The notes: generated by a model not told the origin, from the letters alone. DNA of 64,000 nucleotides from Octopus vulgaris (GCA_951406725.2 OX597818.1:38130001-38194000); one strand, 5' to 3'. Shown: positions 37,080-50,077, counted from the stretch's first letter. Numbers and translations are program-made.

Positions 37080-37310
37080 GAAGCTTTTTTGGAATGATTT
37101 TCATGGCGTACTGCCAGCTTTCAGTAAAGTAGCTATCTTGGTTATTATTGGTGGTACACTATGTTTTGTAGTGCACTTTTTCAGAAGCTGCAGATGAATG
37201 AGGACAAAGCTGAAAAATACAATGGATCAAACGCTGCCAAAAAAAATGTAACACTAAACATTGAGCAGATCCAAATCAATGCTATTATGTGATACAAGAA
37301 ACTGGTAATA
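37080..37310 (+). pseudogene. hAT transposase C-terminal dimerisation domain relic
   Basis: FW..LPAFSKVA..R*MRTKLKNTMDQT..LNIE resembles SFSxLKxIKTxLRxTMxQxRL..LxIE. Confidence 0.45.
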
Positions 37311-37357
37311 ATCCTCTTAGTCATCTGACGCTTCAGGATTGAAGGAAATATATTGTG

Positions 37358-37790
37358 ACCATTTTCGGTCATGAATGACCATGGGATTGCACCGAGAAAG
37401 TTACCCTCCGAGGCACAAGTCCGGGCAAGGTTGTTTATGGAAGACCAGCAGTCGCCCATGCATACTGGCCTCCACTCTCCATGCCACCGATGTTATCCAA
37501 GGGAAAGGCAAAGGCCGATACAGCTTGGCACCATTGACGTCGCAGCTCATTTATTAACGTGCAAGTGGCTGAGCACTCCACAGATACGTGCATCCTTAAC
37601 GTAATTCTCGGGGAGATTCAGCGCGGCACAGAGTGCGACAAGGCTAGCACTTTGAAATACAGGTACAACAGAAACAAGAAGAAAGAGTGAGAGAAAAGTG
37701 TGGTGAAAGAGCACAGCAGGGTTCACCACCCCACCCCCTGCCGAAGCCTCGTGGAGCTTTAGGTGTTTTTCGCTCAATAAACACTCACTG
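37358..37790 (-). mobile_element. SINE with C-type body and tail type 2, head truncated
   Basis: Near-identical to 52708-53196. Confidence 0.8.
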
Positions 37791-38314
37791 CAAAAAATAA
37801 AAAGTATGTTTTGGTCATTATAATTAAATCATGATTCCACATCAAAAACATTATTATCCAGACTAAGGTATACTAGTTTGATTTAATTTCAGTTCTGGTA
37901 CCGATCTACCAACAAGGGCATGAAATCGGTGACACCCCATCTTTCCCCTGTGGATTTCTTCTCTTCATTGACAATCGTGGCCCTTGGTTTAATTTTCTAA
38001 TAGTTTCACGGAGTTTTTCAATGCATTTCCAAACACTTTCAGAATGTTCTGCAGTTAAGAAAAGTTTCGTTGATTCCAAGAGCTATGTAGCTATTCTTAC
38101 AACTGCTATAAGGCCTACGTCTTTCTACGGATGTATTTGCTGAGGCTCTTATTAAGAGTATTGGCAGTGTTATTTTCAGCACAACCAGTCCAGTTAAGAA
38201 GTTAGAATCCTATATGCCATTCAATAGCGAACTGCTATACAAACACACGCACGTGAATATAAGATAGGTAGATAAATAGGTAGGTAGGTAGGTAGGTAGA
38301 TAGATAGATAGATA

Positions 38315-38645
38315 GATTGATTGATTTATTGGCCACGCAGGGCTGAACACAGAAGGGACAAAATACAAAGTAGAGCTTTTCTTTCTGGGAAGAAGGAAAA
38401 AGGAGGGGGGCAAATTCCGATAAAAGGGATCGTGAAAATAAAAAGTGGGGCCGATCAATAGGGATCGTGCAAATTCCGATAAAAGGGATCGTGAAAATAA
38501 AAAGTGGGGCCGATCAATAGGGATCGTGTATCACAGAAATGCCAATGTAAAAAGGGAAAACGGATTAGGTTTGTCTGTGGATAGAAAAGCCTACGGAAAA
38601 GACCACGAGAACCTTGGGCAATAGTGTCATGCAAAAAGAAAACAC
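38315..38645 (-). mobile_element. Probable non-LTR retroelement 3' UTR with internal 59-bp tandem duplication
   Basis: Minus strand ends ..gtggccaataaa followed by a (TCAA/CTAT)n tail; duplicated unit at 38410-38528. Confidence 0.45.
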
Positions 38646-38928
38646 ATTACAGTAAGTGGCTCTCTTTTTTCCTTTCGTTTTCCTTTTTTTTCTCTTTTCT
38701 TTTTTTTATAGATAGATAGATATACAGACAGACAGATAGGTACGCGTTTACAGTTACTCTATGGCATTGCTTACATGTATTTACGCGTGTGTATGCGTAC
38801 GAGTATATATGTGCACATTTACGTACATACGCTTGCATGTCCATGTGTGTATGAATTTGCTAATGTGTGTATGCACATATTTTATGCGAATATGTGTGCA
38901 AATGCGTGTTTATGTATTTATGACTATC

Positions 38929-38964
<36 letters not shown>

Positions 38965-39016
38965 TATGTGCTTTTAAATACATATACGAGTGTGTATAGG
39001 CGTGATTACTCTACTC

Positions 39017-39206
39017 CAGTGGTTCCCAAACTATGAGTCGCGATGGGTCGCGAACGGAACCTTAGTGGGTCGCAAAAAGTTATAAAATTACGCATTAGCT
39101 TTGATTAACTGCTGTCTATCGAGATAGTTCAGTAGAGTTAAGTGGGTCGTCATAAACTGGTGTGATAAATAGTGGGTCGCGACTCTAAAAAGTTTGGGAA
39201 CCACTG
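39017..39206. mobile_element. hAT (Charlie-like) MITE
   Basis: TIR cagtggttcccaaact / agtttgggaaccactg; perfect 8-bp TSD ctctactc. Confidence 0.92.
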
Positions 39207-39747
39207 CTCTACTCTGTAAAGCTCTGCCCCACCTCATGCCTAAAGCACGCCAAATCGTATCTTTACAGACACATGTATCTTCTATTACTGCTGTCTTATG
39301 CCACACGCGCATGTGTGCGTATGTATGTATATGAAAGTATATACGCATATAAACACATATTCGTTTACGTGTGTGCGTGTGTAACTACTTATATATGTGT
39401 GTGTGTGTGTACATATGTGTATATGTACATGTAACAAGAAGGAAAAAGAAAACAAGGACTGGTTTTATTTGATATTCATTCTTTATCTTATCATTATATC
39501 TATCTTATGTATTTCATTCTACACATTTTTTAGTCTTCACCGTATATATATGATAGATCGGTAGCCACTACACACATTTTTTTTACTCTCCTTGTTTTTT
39601 TTTTTGGGGGGGGGGGTTGTATCCCTTTCTGTAGAAGAGCATAGGCTCGAAACGTAAAAGACTTTTTCAATTCCTGAGCGTTATACTAATACATCTGTTT
39701 GTTTTGTACACCATCTGTCTTCGTCTTTTGTTTTTTTCGTGAACTCT

Positions 39748-39794
<47 letters not shown>

Positions 39795-39800
<6 letters not shown>

Positions 39801-40645
39801 GCGATGGGTAAATTGTTGCTATTTTATATTTTTAATTTTGCGCATATGCATTGTTTTCGATTTTGTCGATATACAGTATAGTGGGGTCGGTTGGGCACCG
39901 TCTTTGAGAAAAACAGCACCATTACCTAATTCATTCTGCGAGAAATTTGGAAACGACATTCTGTACTGCTTGGCATTCGCACCAGAAGCTCCAATACAAA
40001 CATTTCAGAGTGTTTGGGTGTCAACCTGAGAGCAGTGCAATCTAAGGACATGTACCGAGAGTGATAAAAATCAAATATCTAGTCAACATCATGGTGTTTT
40101 GAATTATCACTAGTGATGGCGACGTTATTCGTCCATTCATCTTCCTGCACGGCCTCAGATTGAACATGGAAGCCTACAGCAAGTGCCTGGAGGAGGTAGT
40201 ACTGCCCTGGGTGAAGAGGGTGGTTGCTGGAAGGCCTTATGTTTGGCATCAGGACTCTGTACCATGCCACACAAGCAGGAGAACCCAGTCATAGCTGTCA
40301 GACAATTTCAGCGACCACATCACCCCTAACATCTGGCCACCTAACTCCCTAGACTACAACCCCCTTGATTGTTATGTGTGGGGCGTAGTTGAATGAGAGA
40401 CCAACAAAACTCATTGTAACACCAAAGATAAACTGAAGGCAAGAATTATAGCAGCCTTCACCAACTTCAACAAGGTAACCGTCCAGAAGAGCTGCAGGAG
40501 ATTCCGAAGTCGTCTGGCGGCCATGGTTGAAGCGAATGGCGATTTTATTGAATAAATTTACCCTTTAGTATTTCAAGATATTTTTATGTAATTTTGGTAA
40601 ATATATCTGTTAAAATGAGATGTCAGTGTTATTTTCATTTTTGCA
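39795..40645 (+). mobile_element. Internally deleted maT-family (DD37D) Tc1/mariner transposon
   Basis: VWHQD-x37-D (QDSVPCHTSRRTQS*LSDNFSDHITPNIWPPNSLDYNPLD)CYVWG..RRFRSRLAAMVEANGDFIE*; sits in a (TA)n tract. Confidence 0.85.
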
Positions 40646-40689
40646 ATATATATATATATATATATATAATTAAGGAGAAAATCAGAAGA

Positions 40690-41452
40690 TTTTATCAAGT
40701 AGCCAGCATGTCTCCAACTCTATCTGCAGGAACCACCATAGCTGCATCCCAAATAATCTTGTTAGTTTCAGTTATGTTTCTCATCTGGAATAGCCCAAGG
40801 ACCGAATCTAGCTTTTCGGATTCAACATTGAGCTTGTGTCTATCAATGTACCTCAGATTGGGGGGGGGGGGGGGGTTAAAAGAAATCGTTATTATTATTA
40901 TTATATTGAGTGAGAGAGCAGTGCATGCCATGAAAGTGGCACTGGGGTAAAATATACGAAGCCCAGTATACCCACCATAACTACTCGTCTGATGAGTGTA
41001 CACCAGGCACATGCATCACAACCATATGTGCGCGACATAGTGGTCTCAGATCAAAATAAACAGCGCATGACCTTGCAGGTGTGGCCTGTTAGAATTTGCT
41101 TCAGGTCCAATAGACCATCCCGTTCAAAAGGTCCCTGAATGAGGGTTGTTTAAGGATGTTCAACGAAACACCCATGTTTCCAAAGGTGAATTATCCAAAC
41201 CCCAAAGAATTTCTCCCAACACATGGCTATGATGCATCCCCACTACTTTTGCTCACGATCAGATATGCACATATCGTCAGCCACTAAGGGACATGCTCAA
41301 CTGGTTACGGCCAAGCAACTGACAAGCAAATCTGTGGTATTGAGCAGAATATTTGCTGTAGCCCATCTTTTATACCAAGACAAAACAATGTACATGATAA
41401 CACTTCCAATCAGTTAAGATGAGAAGCCGTGAGATCCACTACCTGGTATTGT
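40690..41452 (-). mobile_element. Composite non-LTR remnant: R4/Dong-like coding fragment plus a (TAA)n-tailed repeat
   Basis: NITETNKIIWDAAMVV peptide (ORF 40695-41012) recalls the R4/Dong pre-RT region; ctctctcactcaat-(aat)n end at ~40890-40920. Confidence 0.4.
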
Positions 41453-42076
41453 GGTGTATATGTATATATATATATAAATTAAATTAGAGATAAAACCACT
41501 ATTAGGCAAATCAAACAGTGAAAAACATAAACCAAAACATAGAAATAAAATTAATTAACATACAAAATATATAAAATATAAAATTCAAAATTTAAGTTAT
41601 TTAAAGTTAAAAATTTATAATCATTAATTTATATTTCTAATTTTATATATATATATATATATTTATTTATTTATTTTATATATATATATTTTTTAATTAT
41701 ATATAACTATCAAAAAGTATAAAAGTATATATATATACACACACATACACATATGCGATGAGTTTCCGCATCGTTTTCGTCAACGAGTTCAGGAAATTGA
41801 ATCGATCCGTAATCTTACTGTACATAATTGCAAGACAAACCTGGAACAATAATTTTTGCTGTGCTTACTTCCTATTTTTTTTTTTTCCTGTCTTCTGTAT
41901 GAATATGAGGGTTTACTGGGCTATGGGTATTTATTTCAAAAGCAAAACTCTTAACCATTCAGCTATGCTTGTGTTTGTGTCACCTTTTGATGGCAGACCC
42001 AAAACTGAATGAATCACGAAATCATTTGTTGTTGTTGTTGTTAGATTTCTTCGTAGCTCAAAAGAACATCTGATTT

Positions 42077-42488
42077 GGATCTTTTCGGTTTGAACGGCAG
42101 TTTTTTCTAGCGGTGTCATATGAAATTGTCACCCATAATTATGACCCTAGTATCGATCTATTGCATTTCGATCTGTTTTAGGGTTAGGGTTGGTTAGGGG
42201 TGGGGAGAAGGGTATCTTTTTTTCTTCAGAAATGTAAATAAACCCAATCTGTTTCTTAAACGAGGGACATATTCATACGACACAGAATATTTTCACCTCG
42301 ATAGACGTCATTGATTGGTTGAAATTGAAGAAAAAAAACAACAAATATCTTACAAATTATAGAATTTTCTCAATAAAGCCAAGAGAAAAAGATGTTTTCT
42401 AAACACATTCTACCAGTATACGAAGTTTAAAAGTGTTTAGTTACGTGGACATTATTTTAAAAAACTGCCGTTCAAACCGAAAAGATCC
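42077..42488. mobile_element. GG-terminated MITE with 8-bp TSD, opposite orientation to 27208
   Basis: Same TIR; TSD tctgattt; 412 bp. Confidence 0.9.
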
Positions 42489-43503
42489 TCTGATTTATTA
42501 TTTTCGTTAGTGTTCGTGAAAACGCATTTTCTAATGCCTTGAGTGTCTTCCTTCTAGGTGTTAATAATCGCGCAAGTTTTTTGTGCATTTAAATTATTTC
42601 GATCCTGATATGTTTATCGCGACAGCTGATAAAGACTGCTGTTGTAAAGGAAATCAGCTAAGTCTCCTGTCTTTTTGTTTTGATTTATAACGGTTGTTTT
42701 TAACCTTTTGCATTCACGTCACGCCACTCGAGCTGATAAGCTTTCACTCATATCTATTACAAAATGGAATTTGTCTATAAGTTTTCTACAAGTCAGATAG
42801 GGGCAGAATGTTTTCTATTCCAATTATTTGTTTCAGCATTCCCGTTCGCTGTTATACATTTTTCTTTTATTTGAATCTCATCAAAATTTTCTGTAAAATT
42901 ATCCCCCACTAAATATCTTTCGATACCCCGTTCCCAGCTTGATAACGATTGAATTATAAGTTGCCATTCATAATTAAATTCTTCGATGCAGCAAAGCTGT
43001 ATAATAAAATGATTGCGCAAAAAATAAAATAAAAGAACTAAATATTCTATGGTTCTCTTTGGAAAGAGAACTAGCATTCTTCAGATTCACTTAATGACAT
43101 GGAAAGGTTAACCTCAGTAAAAATATGCCAAAGATTTACTATTTGAAAACATTGTTAGAATATAAACATATACAGTCGAGCAAAGTTTTCTGTTTATACA
43201 TACAATTACAGATATATTACACAGGAACACAACTGCTTTGTTTTTTCTAAGTTCTAACAAAAACACTTAAATGTTTTTCTTAACGACTGGCTCAACAATT
43301 TTGTAACAAAGGAAACACCGAAATATCTACATCAAGAAAGCTGCATGTTTTTTTCTTATCATCGCAAACGCTTTCAATATCAGTAACTTTTTATGTAACT
43401 TATTTTTTTATGAACGTGTATTTTAAAGTACTTTATTAACAATAAAAGAATAACAATAGAAGCACGAACATCATTTAATTTTCTCACGAAACAAGCACTA
43501 ACA

Positions 43504-43705
43504 CTCTTTTACTTGTTTCAATCATTTGACTGCGGCCATGCTGGAACACCGCCTTTAGTCGAGCAAATCGATCTCAGGACTTATTCTTTGTAAGCCTAGT
43601 ACTTATTCTATCGGTGTCGTTTGCCGAACCGCTAAGTTGCGGGGACGTAAACACACCAGCATCGGTTGTCAAACGATGTGAGGGGGGACAAACACACACA
43701 CATAT
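43504..43705 (-). mobile_element. SINE family A, 3' half
   Basis: ctcttttacttgtttcaatcatttgactgcggccatgctgg; cut at the Helitron start. Confidence 0.8.
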
Positions 43706-43706
43706 A

Positions 43707-44074
43707 TCTCTATATATATATAAACGGCAAAATGTCTATGTGTGTGTGTATCCTTTATACAAATCCACAATTTTTCAGTTAGAGGGCTCGCACTTTATGG
43801 TCATTCAAAACCGTCCAAGGGTGGTCGTGCACATCTTTACATTTCCCCAGTCACCCCGCAAAGCCATTAAAAAATCAATAGAAGTGACTCTTCTGTGAAT
43901 TTTCTATCCAAATCCTAATCAAAATGCCTGAAACTTGATACGCCAATTGAATGCCAGCTAGCTGTATGTGATTGGTCGGAGATTTGGACAGTACTCGCGT
44001 GTATGTGTGCACGCACGCAGCTGTATATGCATGCACTAGCACTATGACCCGACAACGCCGGGTCATAGTGCTAG
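43707..44074 (+). mobile_element. Non-autonomous Helitron, second family
   Basis: A|TC start; terminal hairpin ctagcactatgacccg-acaacgc-cgggtcatagtgctag ending CTAG|T. Confidence 0.85.
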
Positions 44075-44354
44075 TATAAAATATAGCTGAAGCAAGTGAA
44101 CACCAAATATATAGTGTGTATGTTTTTGTTGGCTAAACTGGCAATATGACCGTCCTCAAATACAACAATATTTGTTTCAACACAGGAATTCACATCAAGA
44201 ATCTTGCAAAACGCATATATAAACATATAGGCAAAATGTTTTGGGGAAATGAAACAGAATCGAAATTTTTTGCCCGTAAACTTTTCAAATTGCCCAGAGA
44301 AGTTAAAGACCATAGGACAAGTTGACGAAGCTGATTAATTATGTAATATAAATA

Positions 44355-44607
44355 ATAAATGCGCCCTTTTAAAGCCGAGCCAGGCTCATGGGCCCAGTTT
44401 CCCGGTTTCTATGGCTTATGTGTTCCTCAGCTGGACGGGACGCCAGTCCATCTCAGCGTTACTCATTTTTGCCAGCTGAGTGGACTGGAACAACGTGAAA
44501 TGAAGTGTTTTGCTCAAGAACACAACGCGTCGCCCGGTCCAGGAATCGAAACCACAATCTTACGATCATGGTGCTGACACCCTAACCACTAAGCCACGCG
44601 CCTCCAC
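44355..44607 (-). mobile_element. tRNA-derived SINE, head D with tail type 1
   Basis: Full length, CpG-intact; matches 14171. Confidence 0.85.
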
Positions 44608-44796
44608 TATGATTAATTATGTAATTAATCAAACCTACAATGCTGATACAATAAAAATATCGCAAAAGTTTTTTAATCGTGGAATGAGTGTATTTGATAA
44701 CAATTTTGATACTTACATACATATTTTGTCATAGAGTAATGAAATTTTTGGAAAAGAAAGGAAATACAAATGAGAGTTGATCTTTTCCTTGAAACC

Positions 44797-45028
44797 TATT
44801 TCTTTACTACCCACAAAGGGCTAAACACAGAGGGGACAAACAAAGACAGACAAACGGATTAAGTCGATTACATCAACCCTAGTGCGTAACTGGTACTTAA
44901 TTTATCGACCTCGAAAGGATGAAAGGCAAAGTCGACCTCAGCGGAATTTGAACTCGGAACGTAACGGCAGACGAAATACGGCTACGCATTTCGCCCGGCG
45001 TGCTAACGTTTCTGCCAGCTCGCCGCCT
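44797..45028 (-). mobile_element. SINE family B, full length with TSD
   Basis: 16-bp TSD tctt(t/a)tccttgaaacc at 44781-44796 and 45029-45044. Confidence 0.9.
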
Positions 45029-45239
45029 TCTTATCCTTGAAACCGACAGATGAATGCAACGGGCATGTTTTGATCCTTTTCAACTACCTCAGCAAATCAC
45101 ATTTTTACCTGTGCTCAGTTATATATCTGTCTGTATCTACTGAGCACGAGTAAAAATGTGGTTTGTTGAGGCGGTCGAATAGAGGGGATTATCAACTAAC
45201 ACTCCCGCCATGCGCGTTTGTGTGTGTATGTATAAAATA

Positions 45240-45718
45240 TGTGATCACGTGACCGACCAGTCCATCAGATGTTGTTACACATCGCTGGTCACAATGCGTT
45301 CGCATTGTTTTAGCCTTTGAATAGCGCCACCCCGCTGGCTAAGCGAGCAGGCCAACAGAAGAAAGAGTGGTGAAAGAGTACAGCAGGGATCACCAACCCC
45401 TGCCGGAGCCTCGTGGAGCTTTTAGGAGCACTCCACAGACATGTGTACCCTTAACGTAGTTCTCGGGGATATTCAGCGTGACACAGAGAGTGACAAGGCC
45501 GGCCCTTTGAAATACAGGTACAACAGAAACAGGAAGTAAGAGTGAGAGAAAGTTGTGAAAGAGTACAGCTGGGATCACCAACATCCCCTGCCGGAGCCTC
45601 GTGGAGCTTTTAGGTGTTTTCGCTCAATAAACACTCACAACGCCCTGTCTGGGAATCGAAACCGCGATCCTACGACCGCGAGTCCGCTGCCCTAACCACT
45701 TGGCCATTGCGCCTCCAC
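45240..45718 (-). mobile_element. tRNA-derived SINE, head C with tail type 3 and internal duplication
   Basis: gtgatcacgtgaccgacc tail; duplicated gaaagagtacagc..gcctcgtggagctttt block; TSD-like tatgt(a/g)taaaat. Confidence 0.8.
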
Positions 45719-46610
45719 TATGTGTAAAATTGTGATCTTAAATGCACAAAAGAAGTTTAATATGTGTGTGCATCTTAATATTTCATTTAAGTATCTTTCG
45801 TTAAAGTAACATCAACTGAAAGTAACAACAACAGTCGCATTTTTTGGTACCAGTTCCAGTTATTATTGTAAAATGACATGCATTTTTTTATTCCTATATT
45901 TCTGATGTTCTTATTTTTACTTACTTGTTTGTTTATTTATTTTGTACCTGTTCTGTTTTTTTTACTTGTTTGTTTATTTATTTTGTACCTTCTGAAACAC
46001 TAACCGTTTCCAGTTTCGTAGTATAAGCTATAAAGTATCCTTGTAAAAGGGAAACGGTATCATATGTTGGTTGCCCTCATAGTTGAAATATGATAACCTT
46101 AATGATCAGTTTCGTCTGTTAGAATATTTTCTTTAGGTTATCTAAATATTTGATGTTCCTGCTTGACTTAGAGCTGTTATACGTAACGTCTAAAACAGGT
46201 CTACAGAGATCAGAAAGGAACAGAAATCATTTCTTTCTTTCTTTCTTTTTTTTTGTGGTGGGGGGAGAGGTTTGGTATACTCCAAAGTCACTTCCAATAA
46301 ATTTCAGCCATCTAGAGAAATGAAAGGTCATTTGTGAAATATATGATCACTACTGTTTCCCATTTTCTACTCTCTTAAAATTTTCATAAAATACGTCATA
46401 ATGTGGATGTCGACTCATTCATAATTAATGAGACGGTGAAGTGCCACTGAACGTACAATTCTGAATAAAGCTTATTCGTGTTCACTCAACCTGGCTGCGG
46501 AACAGATGTTTACTATCTCTAACATTATCCAATATATGAACTTGTATACCTGAATCAGCGGTCAACACGTGAGAAACTTCTATAACCATTATAAAATATT
46601 TATATATATA

Positions 46611-46842
46611 TTTCTTTACTGCCCACCAGGGGTTAAACATAGAGGGGACAAACAAGGACAGACCAACGGATTAAGTCGATTACATCGACCCCAGTGCGTA
46701 ACTGGTATACTTTATTTATCGACCCCGAAAGGATGAAAGGCAAAGTCGACCTCGGCGGAATTTGAACTCAGAACGTAACAACAGAGGAAATACCGCTAAG
46801 CATTTCGCCCGGCGTGCTAACGTTTCTGCCAGCTCGCCGCCT
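46611..46842 (-). mobile_element. SINE family B, full length
   Basis: Near-identical to 44797-45028. Confidence 0.88.
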
Positions 46843-46846
46843 TATA

Positions 46847-48246
46847 TCTCTTATTATAAAAGGCAGATTTTATCTGCCTCCCTTTGTCTCTTATAGAAAT
46901 CTACAATATAGGATTTCTTCAATTACAATTTACCTAGTATTTTAAAGAGTAGAATACATCGGGTCGTGCCAGGTACAGTTTTTCAAATTTCACCCCCAAT
47001 TAAGCAAAATTTCGAGAAAACTCACATTGTGGTGTGTAAGTGAAGTGCTTTTCTTAGTGTGTGCTACAGCACACACACACAAAAAAAAAAAACGGAGCGA
47101 ACTGCTTCACTCATGCTATCACCCTAATTTCTCCTACTTTCTCTTTGCAAGTGTACCTTACAACACTACTAAAAAAAAAAACAGCAAACAGAAACAAATA
47201 AATACATAACGATTTACTCCTCACACAATTTCTTCAATTACAGTTTACCTATGATTTTTACAAGTACTTCCATTCGGTCATGCAATACAAAATTTCTTTC
47301 AATTTCACCCCCATTTCAGAAAAAATTCGAGAAAACTACCATTTCACTTCAAAGCCTTTACTCTGCATATTACTCCCACTTCCTCTTTACACACATAGAC
47401 ACGTAAATATATAAATAAAATTGTAAGCTAACGTGTGTGTGCGTGTGTGTGAGTGTGTGTGCGTGTGTGTGAGGGTGCGTGTGTGTGTGTGTGTGCGTGT
47501 GTGTGAGTGTGTGACAGGGATGAGCCAGTCAGACTGGTCATCCTTTTTGCTACACCACTGGTTTTCAGTTCATATTCATCAAATTAATATTCACAACAAG
47601 AAGGACTATTCATTATTATACATCAGTTCCACACATTTACCCTGGTTCCATTTCGGACAACTGCACAAACATTTGCCATTTTACACATGTATGTAAACAA
47701 ATTCCTTTCTTAAAAATTTCAATTCATACAAAGTTTTTTAGGACAAATATAAGATCTAAAGTATATCCAAGTAGCAGAAAGATCGCCCAAAAGTGTATAT
47801 AGATATTTAAATGTATTTATATATTCATCTATACACAGATGTATGTATAATGTGTGTGTATATATTTCCATAGAGGTAACCATTCACTCCGCACAAAGTT
47901 TTTTGGGACGAAAATAAGATCTAAAGTTATCTCTAAGTAGCAGAAAGATCGCCCAAAAGTGTATATAGATATATAAATGTATTTATATATTTATCTATGC
48001 ACACATGTATGTATAACGTGTGTGTATATATTTCCATAGAGGTAACCATTCACTCCATACAAAGTTTTTTAGGACGAAAATAAGATCTAAAGTTATCTCT
48101 AAGAAAAAGAAAGATCGCCCAAAAGTGTATATAGATATTTAAATGTATTTATATATTCATCTATACACACATGTATGTATAATGTGCGTGTATATATTTC
48201 CATAGAGGTAACCATTCAATCCATACAAAGTTTTTTAGGACGAAAA
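46847..48246 (+). mobile_element. Helitron-like 5' segment carrying a dispersed duplication and a 166-bp tandem array
   Basis: A|TCTCTTATTATAAAAGG start typical of Helitron 5' ends; 46912-47030 repeated at ~47229-47345; gatcgcccaaaagtg at 47781, 47947 and 48113. Confidence 0.6.
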
Positions 48247-49092
48247 TCTTTATATATAAAAGAAAGGTTGTGTGTCTGTCTACTCCGATTTAGATTCCTA
48301 ACTACTCCCACATTTTGCGATGCAGTTTAATCAAAACCGGGTATCTTATAGTCGTGATTCATATCAATCCCTTCTGGGTATTAGCGCGCGTCTACGATGA
48401 GTCTGCGATTTTACAAGTAATTTACCATCATTTTTTTCCATTTTAATGCATATTTTTTAAATAAAGGTAAGTAACTCTCGAACTTCACACCAATATGCGT
48501 GCTCATATGCGACGTAATATCACATCAGCAGCATTTCCTCACACCCTCCTTGCACTTGGCGAAGGCAAAATACCAGGGGATGAAACTGGTAATATTGCCA
48601 TCGATTCCATTTGTACCTTTGTTAAGACGCCTTCTGATCTCAGAGATGCAGTGTTCCCAGATCTACAAGCTAATTATCAGAATATGGATTGGATTGGCCA
48701 AAAGGCTATACTGGCCCCGAGGAATAAAACTGTTCACCATATTAATGATGAAATGCTAAAACTCATTCCTGGGGAAGTCTATGTATATCAGTCTATCGAT
48801 ACAACTCCTGACCCAGAGGACGTCATCAACTATCCAATAGAGGTACTCAATTCCTTTGAGCACCCCGGACTACCACCACACTTTCTCAAACTTAAAGTTG
48901 GTGCCCCTATAATGCTCATCAGATATTTGGTTCCCCCAAAACAATGCAATGGCACACGTTTGATCGTTAAGTCCTTATCTCCCACCGTAAACTTATATCA
49001 ATATTTGCCTGAATAATCATCATAATTCAGTGCAATCATTAACAGTACTTTCAAGCAATTCAGCCCCGAGCAACGCCGGGCAATTCTGCTAG
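48247..49092 (+). mobile_element. Helitron deletion derivative with a PIF1-like helicase fragment (ORF 48495-49016)
   Basis: Same 5' and 3' ends as 24365; NMRA..LL.LGEG..ILAPRN..IN..SID..LNS..GLPPH.LKLKVGAPIMLIR.L..CNGTRL are RepHel helicase motifs; CTAG|T end. Confidence 0.9.
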
Positions 49093-49461
49093 TTTATATA
49101 TAAACGGTAAACCGTCTGTGTGTGTGTGTGTGTGTGCGTGTCCTTTATACAAATCCATAATTTTTCAGTTAGAGGGCTCGCACTTTCTATGGTCATTCAA
49201 AATCGTCCAAGGGTGGTCGTGCATACCTTTACATTTCCCCAGTCACCCCAGAAAGCCATTAAAAAAATCGATAAACCGACCCCTTATACCCAACAGTTGA
49301 ATGCGCGTGCGTATTTTTGTGTTTTGGCTTTCAAACGTGCACGCTTTTTTTTATTTGAGAAATGCAGGAAATAATTAACGTGTTAGACCAAGTGAATGAC
49401 AAGAGAGCGGGATTTTCATGAAAGACCAAATATACTTGACTAGCACTAGACCCGGTGCTAG
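49093..49461 (+). mobile_element. Non-autonomous Helitron (43707 family), abutting the previous one
   Basis: Shares cctttatacaaatcc..gagggctcgcac..cccagtcaccc with 43707; ends tagcactagacccggtgCTAG|T. Confidence 0.8.
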
Positions 49462-50077
49462 TAAAATATAAAATCCTTATGAAAATATAAACCATCAGGT
49501 TTAGCGCCCACTCTCAGAACACAGAAATTTTAATTTAAAATAGCACAAAACAAAACTGGAACAATGTACAGAAAGCGCATCGTGTTTAGATAGAATGTTG
49601 GCAGAGTCCCAAATGCTAACTCACTGCCTAGGAATCAAACCTGAATCACTGTGCTTTGGCGTAAAAATTACTAAACACCAAGAGATTGCTGGTGTCAGAA
49701 AGCAGCTATCCATTGAAGCCCTTTGTAGACACGTGAAGAACTTGTTTTTATCAAATAGCTGGACTGACTGGGCGAAAATCACAGTCGACCCAGCAGATAC
49801 TTCACTAGTTAAATTCCCAGTTGTAAACGTTTTGGAATGTCGACATTGACTTTTGTCTTTGGCGCCCTCTCTTTGACAGTCCATTCGATTTATTCAGATA
49901 GTTTGTCTGGTACGTAACTTGCTGTAGGAACTTGTGTCATTCACTAGACTGCGGAATTCGATGACTTTAAGAATTCGCTATCATTGCTGATACACACATC
50001 TCGAATGGACACATGTAAACTGGCTTATTTGGTGTAAATGCCTCTTTTCAGTCGTTATAGTATATCGTTTTTTTTTT

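Noticed and set aside
48495-49016. Host PIF1 helicase gene
   Set aside because: Partial domain enclosed by Helitron TC and CTAG termini; a TE fragment.
49595-49884. Overlapping 84-87 aa ORFs in unique-looking sequence
   Set aside because: No recognisable motif or convincing splice sites; length is compatible with chance.
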